From: Clostridia bacterium | Lineage (GTDB): Bacteria; Bacillota; Clostridia; Oscillospirales; CAG-272 | DNA length: 64,000 bases | Direction: 5' to 3' | Assembly: GCA_017451735.1 (NCBI GenBank) | Contig: JAFTNU010000001.1 | Span: 11,156-75,155 of the forward strand | In this document: one piece after another, positions 1-9,177 of the stretch | Layout of the letters: every line of letters begins with the position of its first letter | Numbering within the stretch: position 1 is the stretch's first letter | Notes under the pieces: generated by a model | What the model was told of the DNA's origin: nothing | Databases searched by the model: none | The model's input: only the letters and a program-made list of their open reading frames with translations | Made by a program: the position numbers and the translations under genes

Positions 1-2
1 TC

Positions 3-608
3 TTGCATATCGGATACATCCTGCTTCTGGATGAATTCGATCAGCCCGATCCGGAATACGGCACCGTTATGGCAAAATTTCTGCATCGGGTACAGCAGGC
101 GGGGATCAGGACCTCTGTGGATGTGGTCAGTCACAGTAATGTGGATGCAAGCATTGTGCGCCCTGCCTTGAAGTACTGTGATTATGTGATCATTGACGAA
201 GAGGAGTGCTGTGGAATTTGGGGTCTGTCTGCCAGGCATACGGACGGCAGTATTCATAGAGAGAATGTGCAGCTTGCCATGAAAAAAACAGTGGCAGAGG
301 GCGTGAAGCACAAGGTGATCGTTCATGCCCGGGAGGCCTGTTGGCTATTGGATGTACACAGTGGGAGATCGACCGAGGCGCATTCCTTGCGGGTGCCCCG
401 CGAGGAGATCAGAGGCAGAGTGGGCGTTGGAGATGCCTTTTGCGCCGGATGCCTTTACGGAATTTATCACCATTACGGGGATAAGCAATTGCTGGAGTTT
501 GCCTCTGCGGCGGCGGCCTGTAATCTGCTTGCCGCCAACTCGGTGGACGGCATGCGCCCCAAGGAAGAAATATTGAAGATCGCACAAAAATACGGGAGGT
601 TGCTATGA
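3..608 (+). CDS. PfkB-family carbohydrate kinase, C-terminal part (5' end outside the window)
   Basis: Frame is open to the window edge. GVGDAFCAGCLYG near the C-terminus resembles the PfkB/ribokinase signature. Stop overlaps the next start (ATGA at 605-608). Confidence 0.7.
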   Translation: MHIGYILLLDEFDQPDPEYGTVMAKFLHRVQQAGIRTSVDVVSHSNVDASIVRPALKYCDYVIIDEEECCGIWGLSARHTDGSIHRENVQLAMKKTVAEGVKHKVIVHAREACWLLDVHSGRSTEAHSLRVPREEIRGRVGVGDAFCAGCLYGIYHHYGDKQLLEFASAAAACNLLAANSVDGMRPKEEILKIAQKYGRLL

Positions 609-2968
609 AGCAAAGCATCGACAACAAAGCAGGACAAGCAAAGCGGACTCTGTTGAACGGTTCCTGGAATTTGACCTTTACCCACCCGGAGAGCGGAGAG
701 CAGATCGGGACCGTGGCTCCGGTGCCGGGCAATGTAGAGCCGGTGTTGCAAAAATTGGGACTGATCGGGGATTATATGCCCACCGATCATCCCCATGCCA
801 CGACCATGTTCACTGCCGTGGATGACTGGACCTATACCACGGTGTTTGACGCGCCGACGCTTGCCGACGGGTGGCAACGTCAATTGGTCTTCGAGGGCAT
901 CGATACCATTGCGGAGGTTTGGCTCAACGGAGAAAAGCTATTGGATACCATGGATATGCACATGGTCTATCAAGCAGACGTATCCAAGAAGCTGAGGGTG
1001 CGGGGGAATGCACTGCGGGTGGTGATCCGCAGCAGTGAGCTATGGGCAAGGAAGCATCCGCACGATATGCTTTCCGCTTCCCATGGGGTGACCTCTTACT
1101 ATGATTCTCAAAGCTTTTTGCGTAAGGCGCGGCATCAATGGGGGTGGGATAACGCTCCCCGCTTGCTGACCTCCGGTATCATCGGATCGGTATATCTGGA
1201 GGATCTGCCCCCTTGCCGTTTTGAGGAGGTCTATCTTTATACACAGTCTGTGAGAGAGAATACGGTGAGCATCGGTGTTCAATTCTTCTTTGCCACCGAT
1301 CGGAAATATCTGATGGATCATCGGATCTGCTTTTCGCTTTTGGACGGGAAACGGGTTGTGTTTTCGGAGGAAAAGCCCCTTTATTTTGTGCAGGGCACCT
1401 ACACCTGCAAGCTCGACCGCTCGGCGGTGGAGCTCTGGTGGCCTGCCGGCTTTGGTGCGGCAAAACTTTATACCGTTCGCTTGAAATTGCTGCAAAAGGA
1501 CGAATGCCTTGCCGAATATGAGGCACCCTTCGGCATCCGTACCGTGAAGCTGGAGCGCACGGGGGATATCAATGCCAAGGGCGAGGGAGAATTTCAGTTT
1601 TATGTCAACGGGGAGCCGATCTTCATCAAGGGCACCAACTGGAAGCCCCTGGATCCCCTGGCCTCGGTTGCCCATCGAAAGACCGCCGAGGGGCGAGCGC
1701 TTGCCGAGCTGACGGCCCTGAATTGCAACATGGTGCGCATCTGGGGCGGCGGCATCTATGAGGATCATCCCTTTTTTGACTATTGTGACAGACACGGCAT
1801 TCTGGTCTGGCAGGATTTCATGCTTGCCTGTGAGCTGCCCACAAGGGATCGGGGCTATGGCGACCTGGTCGCCGCAGAGGCGGTACAGGCAGTCAAAAAA
1901 CTGCGCAATCACCCCTCCCTTGCTGTCTGGTGCGGAGATAACGAGGATGACGAATGTTTTTCCTGGATCCATCGGCACAGCACCTTGCTGCCGTCGCATA
2001 GCCGTATCAGCCGTGAGGTGTTGAAGGAGGTCATTCTTTGTCACGATCCTTACCGCCATTATGTAGAAAGCTCCCCCTTTGTATCGGACGATATGCACCG
2101 TGGTGAGGCGGGGGTGCTTCAAACCGAAAAGCACCTGTATGCCGTGCCGACGGCTTATGCGGAGGCTCTGCGAAATTGCAAGAGTCGGTTCTTGGGCGAG
2201 ACGGGCCCCATCAAGGCCAATCCCATTGCTGTGAATCGGACGACCTTTGAGCGGGAGCGGGCCAGAGCCGTGCGGCTATGGGATTCTCCCAAGCTCCCCT
2301 CGGACGGCACTCATCAGAACGACGGTTACTTTACCCATTGGCGGCAGGCGGGGCGCGAGGCTTGCCTGCAACGCTTTGGCAGAGATTTTTCCTTCGCCGA
2401 ATTTGATGACTATACGCTGGCATTGAACCTTGTGTGTGCGGAGGTATTCAAGGATGTGATCGAGTATGGTCGTGCCACCCGCCCCCAAAAGACCGGGGTG
2501 CTTTGGTGGTCGCTGATCGATATGTGGCCCATGCTCTTTAATTATTCCGTGATCGATTGGGAATACAACCGCAAATTGCCTTACTACTGGATCAGGCAAT
2601 CCCAGCAGGATGTGCTGCTGATGGCGGTCTGCACCGAAAAGGAGAGTGCACCCACACTGTATGTCGCCAACGATACTCTGCAGAAAGCAGACTTTTCCTA
2701 TACCGTTACCGCATATAATGACCGATGCGAGAGCAGGGAGATCGCCTGCGGCGAATGGTCGCAGGCGGCAAATTCCGCGGCACCGATTCTGACGCTTGAC
2801 CGACCTGCCGCCCCCGAGCTTTGGGTTATTCGGTGGCGGATGGGGGAAAAGCAGCTTGTCAATCACTTTTTTACCGCTTTCGCTCCCTTTGATGTATATG
2901 CCCGCTGGACAGAGATCTACGCAAGGCTTTGCGGCTTTGACGGAGAGCTGTCGGAGATCAAGACCTGA
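605..2968 (+). CDS. Glycoside hydrolase family 2-like enzyme (beta-mannosidase-like)
   Basis: 787-aa ORF translationally coupled to the kinase. Size and motifs (NWKPLDPL, VRIWGGGIYE, WQDFMLACE) fit the GH2 TIM-barrel catalytic region as remembered. Confidence 0.75.
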   Translation: MKQSIDNKAGQAKRTLLNGSWNLTFTHPESGEQIGTVAPVPGNVEPVLQKLGLIGDYMPTDHPHATTMFTAVDDWTYTTVFDAPTLADGWQRQLVFEGIDTIAEVWLNGEKLLDTMDMHMVYQADVSKKLRVRGNALRVVIRSSELWARKHPHDMLSASHGVTSYYDSQSFLRKARHQWGWDNAPRLLTSGIIGSVYLEDLPPCRFEEVYLYTQSVRENTVSIGVQFFFATDRKYLMDHRICFSLLDGKRVVFSEEKPLYFVQGTYTCKLDRSAVELWWPAGFGAAKLYTVRLKLLQKDECLAEYEAPFGIRTVKLERTGDINAKGEGEFQFYVNGEPIFIKGTNWKPLDPLASVAHRKTAEGRALAELTALNCNMVRIWGGGIYEDHPFFDYCDRHGILVWQDFMLACELPTRDRGYGDLVAAEAVQAVKKLRNHPSLAVWCGDNEDDECFSWIHRHSTLLPSHSRISREVLKEVILCHDPYRHYVESSPFVSDDMHRGEAGVLQTEKHLYAVPTAYAEALRNCKSRFLGETGPIKANPIAVNRTTFERERARAVRLWDSPKLPSDGTHQNDGYFTHWRQAGREACLQRFGRDFSFAEFDDYTLALNLVCAEVFKDVIEYGRATRPQKTGVLWWSLIDMWPMLFNYSVIDWEYNRKLPYYWIRQSQQDVLLMAVCTEKESAPTLYVANDTLQKADFSYTVTAYNDRCESREIACGEWSQAANSAAPILTLDRPAAPELWVIRWRMGEKQLVNHFFTAFAPFDVYARWTEIYARLCGFDGELSEIKT

Positions 2969-2997
2969 CAGGATTTTAATTTTAACCGTGTTTTCTG

Positions 2998-3026
2998 TAG
3001 ACATATGACTGCTTTTGTGCTACAAT
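2998..3026 (+). promoter_or_regulatory. Sigma-A-type promoter candidate
   Basis: TAGACA, 17-nt spacer, TACAAT with TG at -15/-14. It lies upstream of the TIM-barrel gene. Confidence 0.4.
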
Positions 3027-3059
3027 AAAGGCAATGATATGAAAACAGAGGCAAACGGT

Positions 3060-3923
3060 ATGAAATTATCCATGGAGATCTACGCATTGCAGCAAAGGTT
3101 CGGGGACAAACGGGCGGCGGAGCTGATCGCCGCGGCGGGCTTTGATTGCATTGACTATTCTTATTACTGGCAAGCGGAGGATTCCCCCGTGCTGGGCGAC
3201 GGCTATCTGGCATACGCCAAGGATCTGCGCGCTCATCTGGACGCCGTGGGCATCGCCTGTAACCAGGCCCATGCACCCTTTGTGGTGAAGTATGGCGATG
3301 CCTTTGATGAGAGCAATCCCCGCTTTCTTCAAACGGTTCGCGCCATCGAGGCGGCATCGGTTCTGGGGGCCGACTGCATTGTGGTGCACAGCATCGGCAT
3401 CCCCGAGGAGGAAAAAGGAGTGGAGCTTGCCGATTATAATGACATCTATTTCAAATCTCTTGAGCCTTATTGTAAAAAATACGGCATCCGGATCGCGGTG
3501 GAAAACCTCTTTTCCAGAGATAAAAAGCGCAGATGCTTCAAGGGGCGGTTCGGCACGCCTGCCGAGCTTTGCGGCTTTCTCCGCCGTCTGAATTCCCCTT
3601 GGTTTGTTGCCTGTATCGATGTGGGGCATGCGGCGCTGGTCGGTTGCGAGCCCGAGGATTTCATCGCGGGCATGGAGCGGGGCATGCTCAAGTCGTTGCA
3701 CATTCAGGATAACGACTACCTGGGGGATTGCCATGTGCTCCCCTATATGGGGCAGCTCAATTGGCAGGGGATCACTGCGGCGCTGAAGGACATTGCATAC
3801 GACGGGGAATTGACCTTTGAGATTTTTAAGTTCCTGGGCAGGATCCCCGATGGGCTCGTGCCCGATGCCTTGCGCTTTGCCGTAGCAGTGGGCAGGGATC
3901 TGATCGCTCGGATCGAACAATAA
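3060..3923 (+). CDS. Sugar phosphate isomerase/epimerase (xylose isomerase-like TIM barrel)
   Basis: MKLSMEIYALQ start follows AGAGG. The earlier ATG at 3039 sits too close to the predicted -10. AP-endonuclease-2/xylose-isomerase-like pattern (VENL, DVGH, HIQDN). Confidence 0.75.
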   Translation: MKLSMEIYALQQRFGDKRAAELIAAAGFDCIDYSYYWQAEDSPVLGDGYLAYAKDLRAHLDAVGIACNQAHAPFVVKYGDAFDESNPRFLQTVRAIEAASVLGADCIVVHSIGIPEEEKGVELADYNDIYFKSLEPYCKKYGIRIAVENLFSRDKKRRCFKGRFGTPAELCGFLRRLNSPWFVACIDVGHAALVGCEPEDFIAGMERGMLKSLHIQDNDYLGDCHVLPYMGQLNWQGITAALKDIAYDGELTFEIFKFLGRIPDGLVPDALRFAVAVGRDLIARIEQ

Positions 3924-4028
3924 AAAATGAAAGGGATGCAAGGTCCTCTCTTTTGTTACCGTTGAGTGATGTTACAAAAAGCACGCCCCGTTGTTGTATT
4001 TTTGCAACAACGGGGCGTGTTTTGCCGT

Positions 4029-5020
4029 TTAAAACCGAAACGCGGCCTTGATAAAGCCGTCGGTGTGATTCTCCATCATTTCGCTCACCCGGTCAAAATC
4101 CTTGATGTTATAAATTTTGGTGACGCCCTTGAAATTCCAGATGCCCTTGTCCAAAAGCTCCATGCAACGGCGGCAGAGATCGGCCTCATAGTCAATGCGC
4201 CGCTCATGGCAGTTGATCGTGGTAATAGCCTTGAAGTTCCAGAGCTTATAATCAATGGTGCGGTCACCGTCATTGTGATAGCCGCCGATGCCAAGGCGGC
4301 CGTGACCCTGAACCAGATCTCCTGCCAGACGCAGGCCGTCCTCAGTGCCCGTGAACTCCATTACCGTGGGGATGCCGCCGTTGAGTACTGTGAAATTGTT
4401 GCCGTCGCGGGTCAGGCTGATCTTGCCCATGGTTTCAAAGGTGAGAACATATTCCATGGGAATCTGATCGGGGGTGTAGACCTCGGTGGCACCGAATTTT
4501 TTGGCATTTTCCAGCGCCTCGGGACGTTTGTCGATGGCAATGACGTTGCCATAGCCCATGGCCTTGAACAGTGAAACGGCGCCAAGCCCCATATAGCCGC
4601 AGCCCACCACCGCCACCGTGTCGCCAAGGAGGCGGCAGGGGAGCTTGGTGGCCGCCGAGAGCAGACAGGCAAGGGGCTCGGAAATGGCATCCTCATCCGC
4701 CAGCGAGTCGGGCACGTGCGCCATTTTCTTTGGATTGACCGAAATGTATTCCTTATAACCGCCGCCGCCAAGGCCCGTGACACGATCGCCGACGCGAAAG
4801 CCCTGACATTGGCTCCCACCTTTACCACCACGCCTACGGTCTCATGGCCGAGGACCTTTCCCTCTGTGGCGGTTGCCCAAGGGTAAAGCTCCGAGTGGCA
4901 CATGCCCGTCAGTGTGACCTTGACCAGCATCCGGTCCTCTGTGATCTCGGGGATCGGCACCTCGATGATCTTACTTTTGCGAGGTCCTGCCATGACCATT
5001 TGCTTCATTGTTGCTTGCAT
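4029..5020 (-). pseudogene. Zn-dependent medium-chain alcohol/polyol dehydrogenase, frameshifted
   Basis: The N-terminal part (MKQMVMAGP..CHSEL..GHETVGVVVKVGANV) and the C-terminal part (GFRVGDRVTGLGGGGYKEY..VVGCGYMGLG Rossmann motif) are in different frames. A 1-nt shift lies at ~4800-4806 (minus-strand GTCAGGGCTTT). GGGAGGTG RBS precedes the ATG at 5020. Confidence 0.75.
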
Positions 5021-5098
5021 AACGCACCTCCCGTGTTTTCTTGCCTTCATTCTATCATGAGGGTGCAAAAAGCAACAGAACAAATACGATATATATGT

Positions 5099-5127
5099 GG
5101 ACAAAAACGATATTTTGTGTTACAATG
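5099..5127 (+). promoter_or_regulatory. Sigma-A-type promoter candidate
   Basis: TGGACA, 17-nt spacer, TACAAT with TG extension. About 20 nt upstream of the AraC-family gene RBS. Confidence 0.4.
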
Positions 5128-5146
5128 AGCCAAAGGAGGTGACAGT

Positions 5147-5884
5147 ATGGCACTGCTGTACATCGGAACATCCCCCAAGCTCTTCACCTATTACGGCGCC
5201 CATCGGCACGGGTGCTATGAGGTCATCCTGAATCTGGAGGGGGAGGGGACGATAACCATCGGGCATGAAACCTTTGACTTTTTTCCGGGGAGCGTTCACG
5301 TTGTTCCGCCCGATACGTCCCATATCAAGGCCTCGCGGGAGAGCTTCCGCGACATCTATTTTCATACCGATACCCTGTCGCCGTCAAATATTCCGCTCAG
5401 CTTTTGTGACGACAGCCGAGGCACCCTGGAGCAGGTGATGCGGCTGATGCTTTGCCGCTATTTGCAGGGGAACAAAAACGATGCCGTTCTGACAAAAATG
5501 TATGAGCTGGCCATGGAGCTGGTGAAGGAGGGCACACCCGCCGTGCGGTACGATCCCGCCGTGCAGGCATGCATACAGCGATTGACGCTTTCCTTTAATG
5601 ATCCGGAGTTGTCGGTGGCCCGGCTATTGACCGATATGGGCTACAGCAGAGATCATCTTCGCCGCAAATTTGTTGCCGACCTGGGGGTAACGCCCAATGC
5701 TTATCTCACCGCCCTGCGGATCGATCATGCCAAAAAGCTGCTGACACAGCGGGAGCTGGGGCTGTCTGTGGCCGATGTGGGCGCTATGTGCGGTTATTAC
5801 GATGCCCGCTACTTTTCCCGTGTCTTTAAGCGCGAAACGGGGTTCTCTCCTGTGGAATATGCAAAAAAATCTGCAGAAAAATAA
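5147..5884 (+). CDS. AraC-family transcriptional regulator (cupin sensor plus HTH_18)
   Basis: Strong RBS AAGGAGGTG. N-terminal cupin-like HRHGCYEVILNLEGEG. C-terminal AraC HTH (GYSRDHLRRKF..GVTPNAYLTALRI..A..LL, YFSRVFKRETGFSP). Confidence 0.85.
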   Translation: MALLYIGTSPKLFTYYGAHRHGCYEVILNLEGEGTITIGHETFDFFPGSVHVVPPDTSHIKASRESFRDIYFHTDTLSPSNIPLSFCDDSRGTLEQVMRLMLCRYLQGNKNDAVLTKMYELAMELVKEGTPAVRYDPAVQACIQRLTLSFNDPELSVARLLTDMGYSRDHLRRKFVADLGVTPNAYLTALRIDHAKKLLTQRELGLSVADVGAMCGYYDARYFSRVFKRETGFSPVEYAKKSAEK

Positions 5885-5918
5885 GCAAAATTTTTCAAAA
5901 TTTTTTTGTGTGATCCGA

Positions 5919-5947
5919 TTGAAAAAGCGTATGGATTATGCTACAAT
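5919..5947 (+). promoter_or_regulatory. Sigma-A-type promoter candidate for ddh
   Basis: TTGAAA, 17-nt spacer, TACAAT. Confidence 0.45.
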
Positions 5948-5993
5948 AAAATCGTATTTTTTGGGACATTCATGCCCGTAAAGGAGTGTTTTT

Positions 5994-6980
5994 ATGAGTA
6001 TTCGCATCGGTATTTTCGGTTACGGTAATCTGGGCCGCGGCGTAGAGGCCGCCATTGCACAGAATCCCGACATGGAGCTGGTCACGGTCTTTACCCGCCG
6101 CGATCCCGCAGCTCTTACGCTTCGCACCCCCGGCGTCACCGCCACTGCGGCCGACAAGGCAGCGGAAATGGCGGATCAGATCGACGTTATGATTATCTGC
6201 GGTGGCTCGGCCACCGATCTGCCCGTCCAGACCCCCGCGCTGGCGAAATATTTCAATGTGGTGGACAGCTTTGATAACCATGCCCACATTCCCGAGCATT
6301 TTGACAATGTGGATGCCGCCGCAAGGGCCGCCGGCAAGATCGCCATGATCTCGGTGGGCTGGGACCCCGGTATGTTTTCCCTTAACCGTCTGCTGGGCGA
6401 GGCAATCCTGCCCGACAGCAAGGCGTATACCTTCTGGGGTAAGGGCGTCAGCCAAGGCCACTCCGATGCTATCCGCCGCGTGGAGGGCGTTGCCGACGGT
6501 AAGCAGTACACCATCCCCGTGGAATCGGCACTGGAGGCAGTTCGCAGTGGTGCCGACCCCGAGCTGACCACCCGTCAAAAGCACATCCGTGAGTGCTTTG
6601 TGGTGGCAAAGGAGGGTGCCGACAAGGCAAGGATCGAGAAGGAGATCAAGGAGATGCCCAACTACTTTGCCGATTACGACACCACCGTTCACTTCATCAC
6701 CGCCGAGGAGATGAAGCGCGACCATAGCCGCATCCCTCACGGCGGTTTCGTCATCCGCAGTGGCAAGACCGGCTTTAACGGCGAGAACAAGCACATCATT
6801 GAGTATAGCTTAAAGCTGGATTCCAACCCCGAGTTCACCTCCTCGGTGTTGGTGGCCTACGCCCGCGCCGCTTATCGGATGAGCAAAGAGGGCATGAGCG
6901 GTTGCAAGACCGTCTTTGATGTGGCTCCCGCCTATCTCTCTCCCAAATCCGGCGCGGCATTGCGCAAGGAACTACTGTAA
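5994..6980 (+). CDS. ddh: meso-Diaminopimelate D-dehydrogenase
   Basis: Colinear with Corynebacterium Ddh as remembered: IGIFGYGNLGRGVE, GWDPGMFSLNR, FWGKGVSQGHSDAIRR, PHGGFVI, LKLDSNPEFT. RBS AAAGGAG. Confidence 0.9.
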   Translation: MSIRIGIFGYGNLGRGVEAAIAQNPDMELVTVFTRRDPAALTLRTPGVTATAADKAAEMADQIDVMIICGGSATDLPVQTPALAKYFNVVDSFDNHAHIPEHFDNVDAAARAAGKIAMISVGWDPGMFSLNRLLGEAILPDSKAYTFWGKGVSQGHSDAIRRVEGVADGKQYTIPVESALEAVRSGADPELTTRQKHIRECFVVAKEGADKARIEKEIKEMPNYFADYDTTVHFITAEEMKRDHSRIPHGGFVIRSGKTGFNGENKHIIEYSLKLDSNPEFTSSVLVAYARAAYRMSKEGMSGCKTVFDVAPAYLSPKSGAALRKELL

Positions 6981-6989
6981 GAAAATCAT

Positions 6990-7028
6990 AACAGGCGGTG
7001 GCACACGTGCCACCGCCTGTTATTTTTG
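6990..7028 (+). terminator. Rho-independent terminator after ddh
   Basis: Perfect palindrome AACAGGCGGTGGCAC/GTGCCACCGCCTGTT followed by ATTTTTG. Confidence 0.7.
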
Positions 7029-7133
7029 ATCTCCGGGACCTTCGGTTGCCTCTTCCGCGTCCTTGCCTTTCCCGGCGAGGTGGAACTCCCAAGGAGAAGG
7101 GAAGGACGCGAATTTGCGCAAACATTACGGCTA

Positions 7134-7211
7134 CGTGTCATCCTGAGCCAACTTCGCCTTTGGCGAATGAACTCGCCAGAGGCGAGTTCATTTTCCGCTC
7201 AGAATGACACG
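7134..7211. repeat. Nested palindromic intergenic element
   Basis: Outer inverted repeat CGTGTCATCCTGAGC / GCTCAGAATGACACG (1 mismatch) encloses an inner stem GAATGAACTCGCC / GGCGAGTTCATT. Confidence 0.5.
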
Positions 7212-7225
7212 CGGAGCGTAGCGAC

Positions 7226-7293
7226 GCGTGTCATGGTATGACTGCGGAGGGCGTCATGGTATGAGACTGCGGAGCGTGCCATGGTATGACGAC
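7226..7293. repeat. About 24-bp tandem repeat, about 2.7 copies
   Basis: GCGTGTCATGGTATGACTGCGGAGG / GCGTCATGGTATGAGACTGCGGAGC / GTGCCATGGTATGACGAC. Confidence 0.55.
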
Positions 7294-7463
7294 AAAGGGA
7301 AAACAATCAAGAAATGCACAAACCCGTAGGGCGCATCACGATGCGCCCGCGATAGATTGCCTTGCGGTCATGCGATATACCATTCGGTGCGATATGTCGC
7401 CTGCGGCGACGTGTACGTATCCCGGCGGATACGCATGATTTGTTATCGCGCATGTCCCTTCGG

Positions 7464-9176
7464 TCATGCCCGCAGTCGGCTGCGCTGCAGGGCGGCGTAG
7501 GCGCCGTTCTTTTCCAGCAGTTCCTCATGTGTGCCGCACTCCACGATCTCGCCGCCGTCAATGACGGCGATCTCGTCGGCGTTCCGGATGGTGGAAAGAC
7601 GGTGCGCCACCACCAGGGTGGTGCGTCCACGGCAAAGCTCGTCCAGGGCATCCTGTATGAGAATCTCCGTGGCGTTGTCCAGGGCGCTGGTGGCCTCGTC
7701 CAGAATGAGAATGGGCGGATTCTTTAAAAAGACGCGGGCAATGGAAAGTCGTTGCTTCTGCCCGCCCGAAAGGCGCACGCCCCGCTCACCGATCTCGGTA
7801 TCATAGCCCTTTTCCAGGGACATGACATAATCATGAATATTGGCCCGCTTGGCCGCGGCGATGATCTCCTCCTCGGTGGCGTCCAGCCGTCCGTAGAGAA
7901 TGTTTTCGCGGATCGTGGCATTAAAGAGGTACACGTCCTGTTGAACGATGCCGATGTTACGGCGCAGGGATTCGCGGGAAATTTGGGAAATATCCACCCC
8001 GTCCAGCAGGATTCTGCCCTCGGTGATCTCATAAAAGTGGGGGATCAGATGGCAGATGGTGGTCTTGCCGCCTCCCGAGGGGCCTACAAGGGCGAAGGTC
8101 TTTCCTGCCTGTATATCCAGAGAAACACCGTTCAGGACCTCCCGATGTCCGTCATAGGTGCAGTGGACGTTCTGAAGCTCGATATGTCCCACGGCGCGGC
8201 CGATGCTGGTGGCGTTTTCCGCATCCTTCTCGGGGGCCGCGTCCATGATCTCCACAAAGCGGGCAAAGCCCGTGACACCGTTCTCGTACTGCTCCATAAA
8301 GTTGATTAATGTCATAACGGGTGTGATAAACAGGCCGATCGATACAATAAAGGCCGAATAATCGCCGAACCGGATCTGCCCGTTGTAAAGAAACAGACCG
8401 CCCGCGATCAGCACCACCACATTGAAGATATCGGTGATGAAGGAGGTGGTGGAATGGAACTGCCCCATGGCCTTATAGGCGGCGCGACGGGATTTTACGA
8501 ATCTGCCGTTACCCACCTCAAATTTTTCGTGCTCTTTTAAAGCGTTGTTGAAGGCCTTGGTCACACGGATGCCCGAAATACTGCTCTCCAGTGCCGCATT
8601 GATCTCGGCCACGGCCTTGCGGCTTTCGGTAAAGGCGCGGCGCATGCGACGGCGCAGTGTCAGAGATACCACCAGCAAAAGCGGTGCACAGGCAAAAATC
8701 AGCAGGGTCAGCCAGAGGTTGATGGTGGAGAGATAGATAAAGGAGATGATGATGGACACGGCGGAAATGATCAGATTCTCGGGGCCGTGATGGGCCAGCT
8801 CGCTGATGTCCATCAGGTCGTTGGTCATGCGGGACATGATCTTACCCGTCTCATGGTCGTCAAAATAAGAGAACGGTAGCGTTTCTAAGTGACAGAACAT
8901 ATCACTGCGCATCTGCGCCTGCATCCGTACGCCCATGACATGGCCGTAATACTGGATGAAGTAGTTGAGCAGCATCCGCAGAAGGTACAGTCCGAGCAGT
9001 GTGACGCCGAAGATGATCACCATCCGATAGTTGCGGTTGGGGATCAGATCGTTGAGCATGGTGCGGGTAACGATGGGGTAGAAGATGCCGATGATCGACA
9101 CCAGAAGAGACGCCAGCATATCGGCGATAAAGATCCCTTTGTGGGGCTTGTAATAGGCAAGAAAGCGCTTTAGCAT
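7464..9176 (-). CDS. ABC transporter, fused permease/ATP-binding protein (type-1 exporter, MsbA/LmrA-like)
   Basis: Six-TM N-terminal domain. Walker A GPSGGGKTT, signature LSGGQKQR, Walker B ILILDEATSALD, H-loop VVAHRLS. Confidence 0.9.
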   Translation of the reverse strand: MLKRFLAYYKPHKGIFIADMLASLLVSIIGIFYPIVTRTMLNDLIPNRNYRMVIIFGVTLLGLYLLRMLLNYFIQYYGHVMGVRMQAQMRSDMFCHLETLPFSYFDDHETGKIMSRMTNDLMDISELAHHGPENLIISAVSIIISFIYLSTINLWLTLLIFACAPLLLVVSLTLRRRMRRAFTESRKAVAEINAALESSISGIRVTKAFNNALKEHEKFEVGNGRFVKSRRAAYKAMGQFHSTTSFITDIFNVVVLIAGGLFLYNGQIRFGDYSAFIVSIGLFITPVMTLINFMEQYENGVTGFARFVEIMDAAPEKDAENATSIGRAVGHIELQNVHCTYDGHREVLNGVSLDIQAGKTFALVGPSGGGKTTICHLIPHFYEITEGRILLDGVDISQISRESLRRNIGIVQQDVYLFNATIRENILYGRLDATEEEIIAAAKRANIHDYVMSLEKGYDTEIGERGVRLSGGQKQRLSIARVFLKNPPILILDEATSALDNATEILIQDALDELCRGRTTLVVAHRLSTIRNADEIAVIDGGEIVECGTHEELLEKNGAYAALQRSRLRA

Positions 9177-9177
9177 T

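Noticed and set aside
1040-3004. Minus-strand ORFs of 364 and 242 aa inside the GH2 gene
   Set aside because: These are antisense shadow ORFs with no RBS and no recognisable motifs. The plus-strand GH2 frame is continuous and motif-bearing.
3966-4574. 202-aa plus-strand ORF
   Set aside because: It is antisense to the C-terminal half of the frameshifted dehydrogenase.
5970-6794. 274-aa minus-strand ORF
   Set aside because: It is antisense to ddh, whose identity is very secure.
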